From Candidatus Latescibacterota bacterium (lineage in GTDB: Bacteria > Latescibacterota > UBA2968 > UBA8231), in contig CBDAOB010000005.1 in NCBI GenBank assembly GCA_965197905.1, positions 576,001 to 640,000 on the forward strand: a DNA stretch of 64,000 nt. The letters are read 5' to 3'. Under the pieces are notes generated by a model, which worked only from the letters and a program-made list of their open reading frames with translations, was not told where the DNA came from and ran no database searches. A program made the translations under genes and the position numbers. This document shows, piece after piece, positions 41,201-51,219 of this stretch; the first letter of the stretch is position 1; the number at the start of each line of letters is the position of its first letter.

Positions 41201-43147
41201 ATGGATCACTCATCCTCACGATCTGTCGAATCCTCCGCCGAATCAGGCAAAGTCGATCGCCACATCACCGCTCGCGCGATTGCCATCGGGGGAATTACGA
41301 TCGCGGCGATTTTCTACGGAATCGACATAGCGGTCAAATCCCAGCTTCCTCTCATCGTTATCGGCGCCTTCATGATGTGGCTGTTCGTCAACATACTTCT
41401 GAAGAAGCTGCTGCCGTTTCTTGCTCTCAGTCGCAGTGAGCTGCTGACCATCTTCGGAATGCTGTGGGTCGCGGGTACTATTTCGGGCAGTGGGTGGATG
41501 AGTTATTGGGCACTCATCATGGCGACCCCGGCGTATTACGACTCCGAGGAGAATCAGTGGTCGGACACGATCTTCGATTTCATGCCCTGGCATGTCTTTC
41601 CGGAGACCGATGCACGGGTCATCGACGCATTTTGGCTGGGGTTACCGGAAGGCGCCCCTATACCCTGGGACGGTTGGTTAGGTGCAGCCAGTCAGTGGTT
41701 CACGATATCCGTGGCGTTAGTCGTTTTCGGTTTCTGCATAATTCTCCTTTTCCAGCGGCAATGGGAAGAGAAGGAGCGCCTGGCGTTCCCCATCGCACAG
41801 GTCCCGGTCGAGTTGACCGCCGGTGTCGACGGTCCGCGGGCGGTGCCCGAGATGCTGCGCTCCCGTCTCTTCTGGTGCGGCTTTCTCCTGATCTTTGTTC
41901 CAATCCTCTATAGCGTCGCCACCTACTTCATCGCCGGGCTGCCCGCCCTAGAATTCTACTGGATCGCCTACGATCTGAAGATTGGTGGCTCTGTTCCCGA
42001 TCTCTGGGTGCGCATCCTGCCGATGCTGATGATCATGCTCTACCTGTGTCCCCTGGATATTCTCGGGAGTTTCATCCTGTTCTATTTCATCGCGGTCGCG
42101 AAAGGCACGGCGATGCAGCGGATCGGATTCTCGGTCGGTTCGGAGGGTCATGTGCTGGGTTGGGAGAAGATCCTGCAGATGGAAGCCTACGGCGCCCAGA
42201 TCTTCGTCGCGTTGTGGTCCATATGGCTTGCACGCCGTCACCTGCGACGCATCTGGGAGCAGGCGCGAAGTGGGGAAGGTGACCCGAGTGATGTGGTGCG
42301 CTACCGGATCGCCTTCTTGGGATTGGTGCTTTCGGCCATCTATATCATCGCCTGGCAGGTGAGCATAGGAATGAACCTGGTTCTTTCCGTCGGCATGTTC
42401 TTGTTGACAACGCTCATCTACTTCCTCATAGCCAAACTGGTTGCCGCCACCGGATTCAGCTATCTGCTGCCGCACTGGGATCACATGAAGGGAAAGTCGT
42501 TCATCCTAGATCTAGTGGGCACAAACCACATTTCCTCACAGAGCCTGGTAGCGTTCAGCGTGGTCACCAGTCACGCCTATTTTGGCAACTTTCGCGTCTC
42601 GGCATGGCCGGCCATCCCCCATATCCTCAAAATGTTTCCGGTGCGTCGGCAACTGGGCAAGGTCGCGGCGATGGTGGCGGTGGCTTTCGCCGTTGGATTT
42701 GTGTCAGCCTGCGTTTCAGCGTTGAGCACCGGTTACGAAGGCGGCATGTTTCGCAGCGTCGGCGCCGGCGTCAGTTCTTTCGACTACACCGTGGACCTAA
42801 TTCTGAATCCCCGGCTTCCCGACTTCGGCCGCTGGGGGGTCTGGTTGTTTGGGTTCTTCGAGGGGATGCTCTTGGCCATCTTGCGCGCTCGCGTCCACTG
42901 GTTCCCGCTGCACCCGATCGGCTTGGCTTTTCAGTACACGCCGTCGCCACATCGCTACTGGGCGACGTTGTTGATCGTCTGGTGGGTAAAGTTCGCGTTG
43001 CTGCGTTATGGAGGGCCACGGGCGTATGAAACCGGGAAGCGATTCTTCTACGGTCTTGCGGTGGGTTACGTCATGGGAGCGTTGCTGTCCGACGGCGTGG
43101 ACTACATCTGGTTTCCCCTCGATCCGCATATCGTCCACACCTGGTAG
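41201..43147 (+). CDS. DUF6785/DUF6784-type polytopic membrane protein; paralog 4
   Basis: ATG at 41201 inside ORF 40004; ITARAIAIG, ERLAFPIAQVP, YLCPLDILGS, WFPLHPIG. Confidence 0.75.
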   Translation: MDHSSSRSVESSAESGKVDRHITARAIAIGGITIAAIFYGIDIAVKSQLPLIVIGAFMMWLFVNILLKKLLPFLALSRSELLTIFGMLWVAGTISGSGWMSYWALIMATPAYYDSEENQWSDTIFDFMPWHVFPETDARVIDAFWLGLPEGAPIPWDGWLGAASQWFTISVALVVFGFCIILLFQRQWEEKERLAFPIAQVPVELTAGVDGPRAVPEMLRSRLFWCGFLLIFVPILYSVATYFIAGLPALEFYWIAYDLKIGGSVPDLWVRILPMLMIMLYLCPLDILGSFILFYFIAVAKGTAMQRIGFSVGSEGHVLGWEKILQMEAYGAQIFVALWSIWLARRHLRRIWEQARSGEGDPSDVVRYRIAFLGLVLSAIYIIAWQVSIGMNLVLSVGMFLLTTLIYFLIAKLVAATGFSYLLPHWDHMKGKSFILDLVGTNHISSQSLVAFSVVTSHAYFGNFRVSAWPAIPHILKMFPVRRQLGKVAAMVAVAFAVGFVSACVSALSTGYEGGMFRSVGAGVSSFDYTVDLILNPRLPDFGRWGVWLFGFFEGMLLAILRARVHWFPLHPIGLAFQYTPSPHRYWATLLIVWWVKFALLRYGGPRAYETGKRFFYGLAVGYVMGALLSDGVDYIWFPLDPHIVHTW

Positions 43148-43176
43148 CCCAGGCGCCACGTCGCGTCACCGGCTGT

Positions 43177-43935
43177 TCAACGCCCTAAGATGCGGGCAAC
43201 CTCCTCGACGATACGCGATTCGAGCCCGGTGGATTTGTTGACGAATCCTTCCACGTCCGATTTCAGAAAGGCTACGGTGTTCTGGTCGATATCCTCGGAT
43301 AGTACGACGATCGGAATCGTTACGTTCATGTTTCTTCGAAGTTTGCGGATGGCGCCATGGCCGCCGGCGTCCGGGGTGGCGATATCTATCAGGATGAGAT
43401 CGAAAGGTCGCGTAGACAGCAGCTGTACGGCGTGATCGAACGAGGGGGAAAGAATGACGCGATGCCGCTGTCCGAGCGCTTTTACGACCTCGGTCCTGGA
43501 CCCCACCGACGAATCGATGAGCAGGATGGCGGCGCGGCCTTTGAATTCGATGTCAGCGGAACCGCGAGGACGTTCAAGCGCTTTCTCAAGCGCACCAGCC
43601 AGCTTCTCCTCGCTAAACGGCTTGACCACGTATCCGGCAGGATTCGTAGCGCGGGCGCGTTGAATGGTCTGCGGATCGGTGTTTGCGGTGACATAGATTA
43701 CTGGGGTTCCCATTCGCTCGCCAATGACCTGTGCCGCCATGACGCCATCCTTTTCGCCCTCAAGGCGAATGTCCATGAGGACTACATCCGGCTTGAGCTG
43801 CGCGGCCTTGGACACGACAGCGGTTCCGGATGAAACAACTTCAGCGACCTTATACCCCAACTTTTTTACAATATCGGCCAGATGGGTGGCAACGATCGCC
43901 TCGTCTTCGGCAATGAGAACCGTACTATCCGACAT
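43177..43935 (-). CDS. Response regulator with two tandem receiver domains
   Basis: REC1 LIAEDE...DVVLMDI...YVTA...KPF; REC2 LLIDSS...DLILIDI...VLS...VNK; no output domain. Confidence 0.85.
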   Translation of the reverse strand: MSDSTVLIAEDEAIVATHLADIVKKLGYKVAEVVSSGTAVVSKAAQLKPDVVLMDIRLEGEKDGVMAAQVIGERMGTPVIYVTANTDPQTIQRARATNPAGYVVKPFSEEKLAGALEKALERPRGSADIEFKGRAAILLIDSSVGSRTEVVKALGQRHRVILSPSFDHAVQLLSTRPFDLILIDIATPDAGGHGAIRKLRRNMNVTIPIVVLSEDIDQNTVAFLKSDVEGFVNKSTGLESRIVEEVARILGR

Positions 43936-44225
43936 CTAAAATCGTCCCGTTGTCTGAGTCCTTAAACCGATCAGTAGTAGCCCTAGGGTGTTATATAACA
44001 ATATCGGCAGCTCTCGCCAGAAGGAACGTGACCTATCTTACACATGGAACCGGTAAAACAGATACACGCGATGCAAAACGGTTAACGAATTGAGAAAGTA
44101 TTTTTTATTCACGCCCAGAGGTCGCTGCGATCTGCATAGCAGCCGAACGTATCGAGATGATGATGGTGATTGGCCGCGCGTGGGAGGTTGCTAGGTGTCG
44201 CGATGGGAGTCTAGCGTGGGAAAGT

Positions 44226-44257
44226 GACAACCGCCCAGACATCTCCGGGCGGTTGTC
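44226..44257 (-). terminator. Stem-loop downstream of the SRPBCC gene, probable terminator
   Basis: GACAACCGCCC / GGGCGGTTGTC inverted repeat 10 nt past the stop; short T tract on the minus strand. Confidence 0.6.
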
Positions 44258-44267
44258 GTATTAGGTT

Positions 44268-44690
44268 CTAGGCGAAGCTGCCTTTGAGATCTGCAAGCAA
44301 AGCCTGGTAGATCGGGGAGACGAATTCTGCCACCCCGCCGCCGCTATTCTCCCACTTGGAAGTCCACAACACGAAGGTTGTGTTGTTTTCGGTAATTGGG
44401 GAGATACGAACCTCGCCGTAGTACCCCGACACGTTATCCTTCGACACTGCCTCCGGCCCGTCATCGATGCTGTAGCGTATGACACACTCCGTATCGTCGA
44501 GGGCATGCAGGGTTTCGTGGAAAGCGTCGTTCAGGACGCGTTTGGCACCGACCTGTGTACCCGGTACGTCGCCCACAGCCACGCAGCTGGTCACGACGTT
44601 GGGAAACTTGGACATGTCGTGAAAGTCTCGCACGGCGTTCCAAACCTGGTCCGCTGGAGCGTCGACGACGATTGAGTTGTAACAGCCCAT
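44268..44690 (-). CDS. SRPBCC / polyketide cyclase-dehydrase (MxaD-like) protein
   Basis: APADQVWNAVRDFH, GAKR, YSIDDGP, TFVLW; GGAGG SD before the ATG at 44690. Confidence 0.85.
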   Translation of the reverse strand: MGCYNSIVVDAPADQVWNAVRDFHDMSKFPNVVTSCVAVGDVPGTQVGAKRVLNDAFHETLHALDDTECVIRYSIDDGPEAVSKDNVSGYYGEVRISPITENNTTFVLWTSKWENSGGGVAEFVSPIYQALLADLKGSFA

Positions 44691-44838
44691 TGGAATCCTC
44701 CGAGGTTGCTGTAGGTGGACCCGAAGAACATGAGACATACCAAAGGCGAAATCAAGATTTGGCAGGGCGAGTGATTCGAGTTGCGACCCTCTTTTCAGCA
44801 GCTATGTTTGTGGCATCACCAACTGACTGGAGCCATCC

Positions 44839-45198
44839 ATGAAACATTACGGATTGACCCTTTGTCTGCAGGATGATGCGGAGGTCATAGAGCGCTACAA
44901 AGAATACCATAGGAATCCATGGCCAGGACCGCTGCAAGGTTTGCGAGACGTGGGCATCGTGGACATGCAGATCTTTCTTCTAGGCACCCGCATGTTCATG
45001 TATATGACGACTATCGATGAATTCGAACCCGATGTAGATTTTCCGAAGTACATCGAAGCGAATCCAAAGGCGAAGGAATGGGACGACCTCATGCGCACCT
45101 TTCAAGTCAAGGTGGCCGAAGCAAAAGAAGAGGAGTGGTGGGCGATGATGGAGCACGTGTTTGACCTGGGAAGACATTTGCCTGCAGAAGAGGATTAA
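44839..45198 (+). CDS. rhaM: L-rhamnose mutarotase family protein
   Basis: ERYKEYHRNPWP, GIVDMQIF, EWDDLM, WAMMEHVFDL. Confidence 0.8.
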   Translation: MKHYGLTLCLQDDAEVIERYKEYHRNPWPGPLQGLRDVGIVDMQIFLLGTRMFMYMTTIDEFEPDVDFPKYIEANPKAKEWDDLMRTFQVKVAEAKEEEWWAMMEHVFDLGRHLPAEED

Positions 45199-45204
45199 GC
45201 GGCG

Positions 45205-46089
45205 ATGAAGATCGAGCATATCAAGACAGACGCAGACAACACCACCATCGTCATCGAAGGTTTGATCCGAAACCTGAAGCTGCTTCATCTGACCGACAGT
45301 CACATGGTCGAAGGCGACGAGCGTGACCCGGAGGCAGAGGAACACGTCGAAAGATATAGGGAGGTATTCGCAGAGTATGCAGATGGAAGGCCAACCAATG
45401 AGATCTTCCAGGGAATCGTCCGTGCGGTTTCAGATCTGAAGCTGGATGCAGCTCTGCTTACGGGTGACATCATTCATTTCCCCTCCTACGCCGCCTTGGA
45501 GCAGATCGAGTATGGAGTGCAAGACCTTGGGGTGCCGCATCTATACACCGTGGGCAATCACGACTGGTTCTTTCCCCATCTCCCCTGGAACGACGAGACA
45601 CGGTTCCAGTATTACCCCAGATTCCATGGCTTGACTCAAGGTGATCCTTCCTTTCAGGTCCTCGAGATCGGGGGAGTGCGTTTGATCGCAATGGACAACA
45701 GCACGTATCAGGTCAGCAGCGAGCAGGTCAGTCGGTTGAAGCAGGAGCTGGCTAGTGGCAAACCCTCGTTGCTGTCGGTGCACGTGCCCTTGTTTATCGA
45801 ATCCCTTGCCGGCCCCGTAATCGATCGATGGAAGGCGCCTATCATGATGGGCGCCGAGGACGGCTGGTCCGACGAAACCCGCGAGAAGTGGAAGGTTTTC
45901 GAGAACTACGACAGCACCATGGATTGCCTCGATTTCTTGACCAACGGCCCCTGTGACAATCTCGCCGGGGTCTTTTGCGGCCACGTACATTTTCCCCACG
46001 TGGACTTGCTGAGACCGGGCTGTTGTCAGTACGTAGGTGCTCCTGGTTTCGAGGGCCGCTACAGAATCGTCGAACTCAAGGGGTCGTAG
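45205..46089 (+). CDS. Calcineurin-like metallophosphoesterase
   Basis: LTDSH, TGD, GNHD, HVP and GHVH motifs. Confidence 0.9.
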   Translation: MKIEHIKTDADNTTIVIEGLIRNLKLLHLTDSHMVEGDERDPEAEEHVERYREVFAEYADGRPTNEIFQGIVRAVSDLKLDAALLTGDIIHFPSYAALEQIEYGVQDLGVPHLYTVGNHDWFFPHLPWNDETRFQYYPRFHGLTQGDPSFQVLEIGGVRLIAMDNSTYQVSSEQVSRLKQELASGKPSLLSVHVPLFIESLAGPVIDRWKAPIMMGAEDGWSDETREKWKVFENYDSTMDCLDFLTNGPCDNLAGVFCGHVHFPHVDLLRPGCCQYVGAPGFEGRYRIVELKGS

Positions 46090-46575
46090 ACCTTCGGCCC
46101 ATTTTGGAGCCTAGGTTGCTGCTTTCGCTCCTGATCATCTGGAGCACCTTTTCGTTCCTGATATTCTTCCCATTTCTGCTATTGTTGAGAGCAACAGCAT
46201 TGCGGGGCGACGAGAGGCTCACGGTCGCCGTCTCTCTTTCGATTCTGAATTCGGTGGCGGCCGGATTTTCATTTTACCGCTCGTCTGCCTTATCAAGTCG
46301 TACTCCGGCGGCGGGTGGTATTTCCACTGACTGAGACATTGTCACAAGAGCCTTGTTTTTTTCCGGCAGTGGCCCCCGATACCATGCCCGATCGGCCTTC
46401 ACGACCTCCGTTGATGAGCCTGATTCCGGGGAGCGCCGCTGTGAGTTTTACACGGGATCACGTTCAAACGCCGTGGATGTTGTGGAGCTTGATCGCGGTG
46501 TTTCTCGCGTGTCGGTTCTGGTTTCTGGTGAGAACGACGATTTCTCGACGACAACGACGGCCAGGCATTCCACGA

Positions 46576-47634
46576 CTAGGCCATGGATCGCTCCTGGTGT
46601 TCGTTGTTGGCAGCCTGTACGAGCGCACGTAGATAGGCGATGGAATAGGCCAGTCCGGTGTGCGATCCGCCGACCATGGAGGGGATGTGATCGGGAATGA
46701 CGCATCCGTCGAACTCGACGTCCCGCAGGGCGCGCATGACCTGGTGCATATCGTAATATCCGTCGTCGATGAAGGTTTCTTGCCAGGGTTCCGGCAGCGG
46801 ATTGGAAACGTTGCGAAAGTGAACCTTGAACAGCTTCCCCTGGCTGCCAAAATGTTGTATCGCCTCCTCGACACTGGCGCCCATCGCCTCCGCTCCGCCT
46901 TCCAGCCAGCAACCCACGCATAAGCAGACGCCCACATTGGGACTGTCAGCGATTTCCAACGCTCGCTTATACCCCTCGAAACCGCCGAAGATACAGCGGG
47001 GCACGCCCCCCAACGGATAGATGGGTGGATCGTCTGGATGAATGCCGATATACACTCCTTCCTGCTCGGCGACGGGGGCGACCTTGCGAATGAAATATTG
47101 GTAGTTGTCCCAGATCTCTTCCTCGGAGTACTCGCGGCCGTGGGAGAATTCGCCGTCGTAGTTTACACCGTTCCAGCTGCCCTGTGCGTTCTTCAGGTCG
47201 AAGTGTCTGGCCTCTACTCCACCGCGGCCGGTGGTGGCGCCCGAGCTCCAGGTGCCGCTGGCCATATGAGCGTAGGTGTTGTAATAGATGCCCACTGAGG
47301 CGATATCGCGAATAAATTGAATGAACTCTTCGACCTTCTGGTCACGGCCCGGCAGGTTCAGGGTGATTTCGGGCGAGTTGTGTACGCTTTCGTTGTGGAT
47401 ACGGTAGATTTTGAGGCCGTAATCGGCGAGTCGTTCCTTGAATCTGCGATAGTGAGACAGGGTCTGTTTGTCGCCATCGTACGGAGTGACCATAGCCCAG
47501 TCGACTCCCAGTTGCCGTAGCAGCTGCAGCTCTTCGTCATCGTTATCGGGATTGACGTAGGTTCCGATTTGAATACCCGGGTGGTCTGAATGGTAGCCGG
47601 GGATGACGCGCAGTGAATATTGATCGTTCTTCAT
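46576..47634 (-). CDS. uxuA: Mannonate dehydratase family protein
   Basis: NLPGRD, RGG, IWDNYQYFIRKVAPVAE, IHPDDPP, CVGC, VHFRNV, ETFIDDG, IPDHIP. Confidence 0.8.
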   Translation of the reverse strand: MKNDQYSLRVIPGYHSDHPGIQIGTYVNPDNDDEELQLLRQLGVDWAMVTPYDGDKQTLSHYRRFKERLADYGLKIYRIHNESVHNSPEITLNLPGRDQKVEEFIQFIRDIASVGIYYNTYAHMASGTWSSGATTGRGGVEARHFDLKNAQGSWNGVNYDGEFSHGREYSEEEIWDNYQYFIRKVAPVAEQEGVYIGIHPDDPPIYPLGGVPRCIFGGFEGYKRALEIADSPNVGVCLCVGCWLEGGAEAMGASVEEAIQHFGSQGKLFKVHFRNVSNPLPEPWQETFIDDGYYDMHQVMRALRDVEFDGCVIPDHIPSMVGGSHTGLAYSIAYLRALVQAANNEHQERSMA

Positions 47635-47698
47635 AACGGTATGCCTCTAGGGAGCAACGAAGGTGTAAGCCGCGAGCCGCTCACGGCCGCTGCATGAT

Positions 47699-48544
47699 TC
47701 AATAATATTTTTCCCGGCCTGTGTGTTTCTTTACCAGCTCCTTCAGCTCCGCCTTCTCCCCCATCGCGGTGAGCTCGAGAGTCTCTGGGTCCAGCTCGAT
47801 GCCGTCGTTAGCCGCGTCCGCAAGAGCCTTGTCTATCTGACTATTGTAGTAGTACTGGGGCCGGTAGGCGTAGAACATCATGGTTCGGTCCCGGTCCTTG
47901 GGAAGCCAGGGCAAGGCCGCGTGATTTAGACGCAGCGGCATGATGATCATATCCCCGGCATTCACCGGAACGTTGATGAATCCCAGCTTGTCTCGTTCTG
48001 CGGCATCGGTGGGATAGGCATCCTTCTGATAGAACAGCTCGCGTGGGTATTCGAAGCTCGCCCTGTGGGCTCCCGGAACCACCAGGAGACCGCCGTCGCC
48101 AGGACGAACCTCGGTCAGGTAGACGAAGAAGGTCGACCAGTCGCAATAGATCCTGCGGTGGACCACATCCGTGAAGAAGCGCGGCGCGTCCTCGTGCATC
48201 TCGCTGAGAATGTCCTTGCGCAGATGGAAGTTATGGAACCCGTGGTCGGAATTCTGAACCATCATCGTGCCGTCGACGAGGCGGGGCAAGTTGTTGGTCA
48301 GATGACAGGCGTAGTCGAGCATCTTGGGCGAGTAGGCGATACGCTCCAACACCTTGTCGTGGAGAAAAGCGTTTCGGTACTTATCACCGTAACCGTCTCC
48401 CTTGTTCCCATCTATGAGGTGCTCATGCTCGTTGACGATGCGGTCCGCGCTTTCTTGAGCCTGCGCGAGGGTCTCCGCGTCCACGACGTTCTCCACCTTC
48501 AAAAACCCGAGGGTATCGAACAGGTACAACTCTTCTTCGGTCAT
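47699..48544 (-). CDS. PhyH-family Fe(II)/2OG dioxygenase
   Basis: MTEEELYLFDTLGFL, YLTEV..GDGGLLVVPGAH, AGD, NHA; paralog of 5752-6587. Confidence 0.8.
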   Translation of the reverse strand: MTEEELYLFDTLGFLKVENVVDAETLAQAQESADRIVNEHEHLIDGNKGDGYGDKYRNAFLHDKVLERIAYSPKMLDYACHLTNNLPRLVDGTMMVQNSDHGFHNFHLRKDILSEMHEDAPRFFTDVVHRRIYCDWSTFFVYLTEVRPGDGGLLVVPGAHRASFEYPRELFYQKDAYPTDAAERDKLGFINVPVNAGDMIIMPLRLNHAALPWLPKDRDRTMMFYAYRPQYYYNSQIDKALADAANDGIELDPETLELTAMGEKAELKELVKKHTGREKYY

Positions 48545-48671
48545 TGGTCCACCTGCCTTGCGGGGAGTTGATGGTTGTTGTTGGCCGACATGCGTTCGTC
48601 CTCGAAGGTGGTCAGGATCGGTCCGGCGCACAAGTGGATCAGAGAATTTCAGTGAACGGACTGAAGCGGCA

Positions 48672-49655
48672 TCATGGCACCTCGAGCAACACCTTTCCGA
48701 AGGTCTCGTTGCTCGCCACCAGGTCGTGAGCTTCGGCGGCACGGTCCATCGGAAGAACTGCGTCAATAATAGGCTTGATCTCTCCCTCAGCGATGAGGGG
48801 CCACACGCGCTCCCTCAACGCAGTCATGACCTCCCCTTTCCGGGCGACCGAACGCGCCCGCAAGGTCGAACCTACCAGTTTTAGACGTTTGGCGAGGATG
48901 AGGCCGAGGTGGATGTTGGCTTCGGCTCCACCCATCAATCCGATCAATACCAGGCGGCCTTCCATACTGAGGCTCTTGAGGTTTTCTTTTAGATATTGGC
49001 CCCCTACCGGATCGAGGATTACGTCCATGCCTTTATCATCGGTCCAAGCGGCCACGCGCTCGCCAAATCGCCCCTCGTGTCGATTGCAACCCGCCTCAGC
49101 CCCAAGATCCACGCAACGGGCGATTTTTTCATCAGAGCCGGCGGTAACGAAACAAGGACTTGCGAAGGCGCGGCAGAGCTGAATAGCCGCCGTGCCCACG
49201 CCGCTTGCCCCAGCGTGCAACAACGCTCGTTCGCCCGGTTTTAACGCGGCCTCCACAAAGAGGTTCAGGTAAGCCGTGGCAAATACCTCGGGAAGAGCGG
49301 CCGCTTCAACCAGGGAAATTCCGGACGGTACGGGCACCACCTGCGCGGCCGGCACCACGGCCTTTTCGGCGTATCCACCTCCTGCAAGCAGCGCGCACAC
49401 CTCATCGCCGCAGTCGAACGAGGTCACCTCTGCGCCTACGGCATCCACCACGCCGGAGCATTCCAATCCAAGGATCTGACTGGCACCCGGTGGCGGCGGG
49501 TAGTCGCCCCGGCGTTGCAGCAGATCGGCCCGGTTTACCGCGCTGGCGCAAACGGCGATTCGAACCTCGTCCGCTGCCGGTTCGCCGATCTCACAGTCAA
49601 CCCAGGAAAGCCGGTCGCCGTCTATCTGTATAGCTTTTCCTGTCGATCCTCGCAT
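48672..49655 (-). CDS. NAD(P)H-quinone oxidoreductase, PIG3 family (MDR superfamily)
   Basis: VNRADLLQRRGDYPPPPGAS, LGLECSG, AAALPEVFATA, HAGASGVG, GSTLRAR, GKVLL. Confidence 0.92.
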   Translation of the reverse strand: MRGSTGKAIQIDGDRLSWVDCEIGEPAADEVRIAVCASAVNRADLLQRRGDYPPPPGASQILGLECSGVVDAVGAEVTSFDCGDEVCALLAGGGYAEKAVVPAAQVVPVPSGISLVEAAALPEVFATAYLNLFVEAALKPGERALLHAGASGVGTAAIQLCRAFASPCFVTAGSDEKIARCVDLGAEAGCNRHEGRFGERVAAWTDDKGMDVILDPVGGQYLKENLKSLSMEGRLVLIGLMGGAEANIHLGLILAKRLKLVGSTLRARSVARKGEVMTALRERVWPLIAEGEIKPIIDAVLPMDRAAEAHDLVASNETFGKVLLEVP

Positions 49656-49855
49656 TGGCCACTCGATATTCTCAGGCGTTGGTCGGGTCTTTGAACCTCA
49701 GAACCGAGCGACACAACCGCCCCATGTCAACCCAGGATGCCGCCTTGTGCCACCTCTCAGTTTGACATTTGAGGGGTCAGGAAGCTACTTACCCGGTCCG
49801 GTCTCGAACCAATTACACACCTGATAACTCGTCCCCTGCACGGACAGAATTCGTT

Positions 49856-51181
49856 TTGACGACCACTGACGGCACTGAAAAACAGAGCGATCTGCGCTCG
49901 CAAGCCGAACGTTACCTGCCCGGAGGAGTGGGCGCCTCGGGGAGGTTCAATCCTTCTCTCGGCCGCGCATTGTACCTGGATTCAGCGGACGGATGTCGCA
50001 TCCGCGATGTGGAAGGCAAGGAGTACATCGATTTCAATCTAGCCCACGGCGCCGCCTTCCTGGGCTACAATCACCCGGCCACCCGTCGGGCCATGCTGGA
50101 AACCGTGGAAAGCGGCATACTCGCCGGGTACGAAACCGCCGCCCATACCGAACTGGCACGCAGAATCACCGAGATCATCCCTTGCGCCGAGCGAGTGCGG
50201 TATGGCAACACCGGTTCGGAGGGCACGATGATCTGCCTGCGGTTGGCGCGTGCCCACACCGGTCGCAAGAAGCTGTTGAAGTTCTGGGGTCACTTCCACG
50301 GCCTCTACGACTACGTCATGTACAATGCCCACTCCCCACTGACCCCGGTAACACCAGGTACGGTTTTGACGCCATCCCGCGAGGCGCCTGAGATCCCCGC
50401 AGCTCTGGACGATCTGGTGGTCGTCGTCCCATGGAAGGACGAGGCCGCTTTGGAACGGGCCATCCGGGAGCATGGCGACGAGATTGCCGCCATCATGATG
50501 GAGCCGGTCAACTACAACCAGGGATGCATCGTCGCCGACACTCCCTATATGCAGTTCGTGCGCGATCTGGCCACGAAACACGGCATTGTGCTGATATACG
50601 ACGAGGTCCTGTCCGCCTTTCGAACCGGCCCCGACTGCGCTCAGGGCTATTACGGGGTCACCCCTGACCTATGCGTGTTGGGTAAGGCGGTGGCGAACGG
50701 AGGAGCGATCGTCGTCATCGCCGGCAAAAGAGAGATCATGGATCAGGTCGGTCCTAAAGGAAAGGTGGTCCAGAGTGGGACATTCACCGGCAATATCCCG
50801 GCCGTGAACACCGCCCTGGCGTCCGTGAAAGAGATCTGTCGCCCCGGATTCTACGATCAGATTCATGCCTCGGCGGAGCGTTTGGAAACGGGCTTACGCA
50901 ATATCTTTGAGCGAGCAGGCATTGCTGCCCGGGCTCAAGGACTCGGCGCTCGATTCGGGATATTCTTCGGATCCACCGATCCGGTCGAGCGCTTCGACGA
51001 TACCCTCGGACGCGACCTGGATATGAAAACGCGCTTTATCCGGGCGTGCTTCGAGAATGGGGTTTACTTCCATGACTACGGCTCGGTGGTAGCCGGCCAT
51101 CACGGCATCTCCGCTGCTCACACGACGGAGGAAATTGACGAGGGGTTAAATCGAATCGAAACCGCGGTACAACACCTTTGA
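49856..51181 (+). CDS. Class III PLP aminotransferase, glutamate-1-semialdehyde aminomutase-like; second paralog
   Basis: LPGGV, DVEGKEYIDF, NTGSEG, HFHG, MEPV, YDEVLSAFR, LGKAVANG, SGTFTGN. Start uncertain (49769-49856). Confidence 0.85.
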   Translation: MTTTDGTEKQSDLRSQAERYLPGGVGASGRFNPSLGRALYLDSADGCRIRDVEGKEYIDFNLAHGAAFLGYNHPATRRAMLETVESGILAGYETAAHTELARRITEIIPCAERVRYGNTGSEGTMICLRLARAHTGRKKLLKFWGHFHGLYDYVMYNAHSPLTPVTPGTVLTPSREAPEIPAALDDLVVVVPWKDEAALERAIREHGDEIAAIMMEPVNYNQGCIVADTPYMQFVRDLATKHGIVLIYDEVLSAFRTGPDCAQGYYGVTPDLCVLGKAVANGGAIVVIAGKREIMDQVGPKGKVVQSGTFTGNIPAVNTALASVKEICRPGFYDQIHASAERLETGLRNIFERAGIAARAQGLGARFGIFFGSTDPVERFDDTLGRDLDMKTRFIRACFENGVYFHDYGSVVAGHHGISAAHTTEEIDEGLNRIETAVQHL

Positions 51182-51219
51182 CGGAGTGTTCAGAGGACGA
51201 TGGGACTGGAGGTAACAGC

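Noticed and set aside
49726..49790. Divergent TTGACA hexamers between the quinone oxidoreductase and aminotransferase genes
   Set aside because: No convincing -10 element at 16-18-nt spacing.
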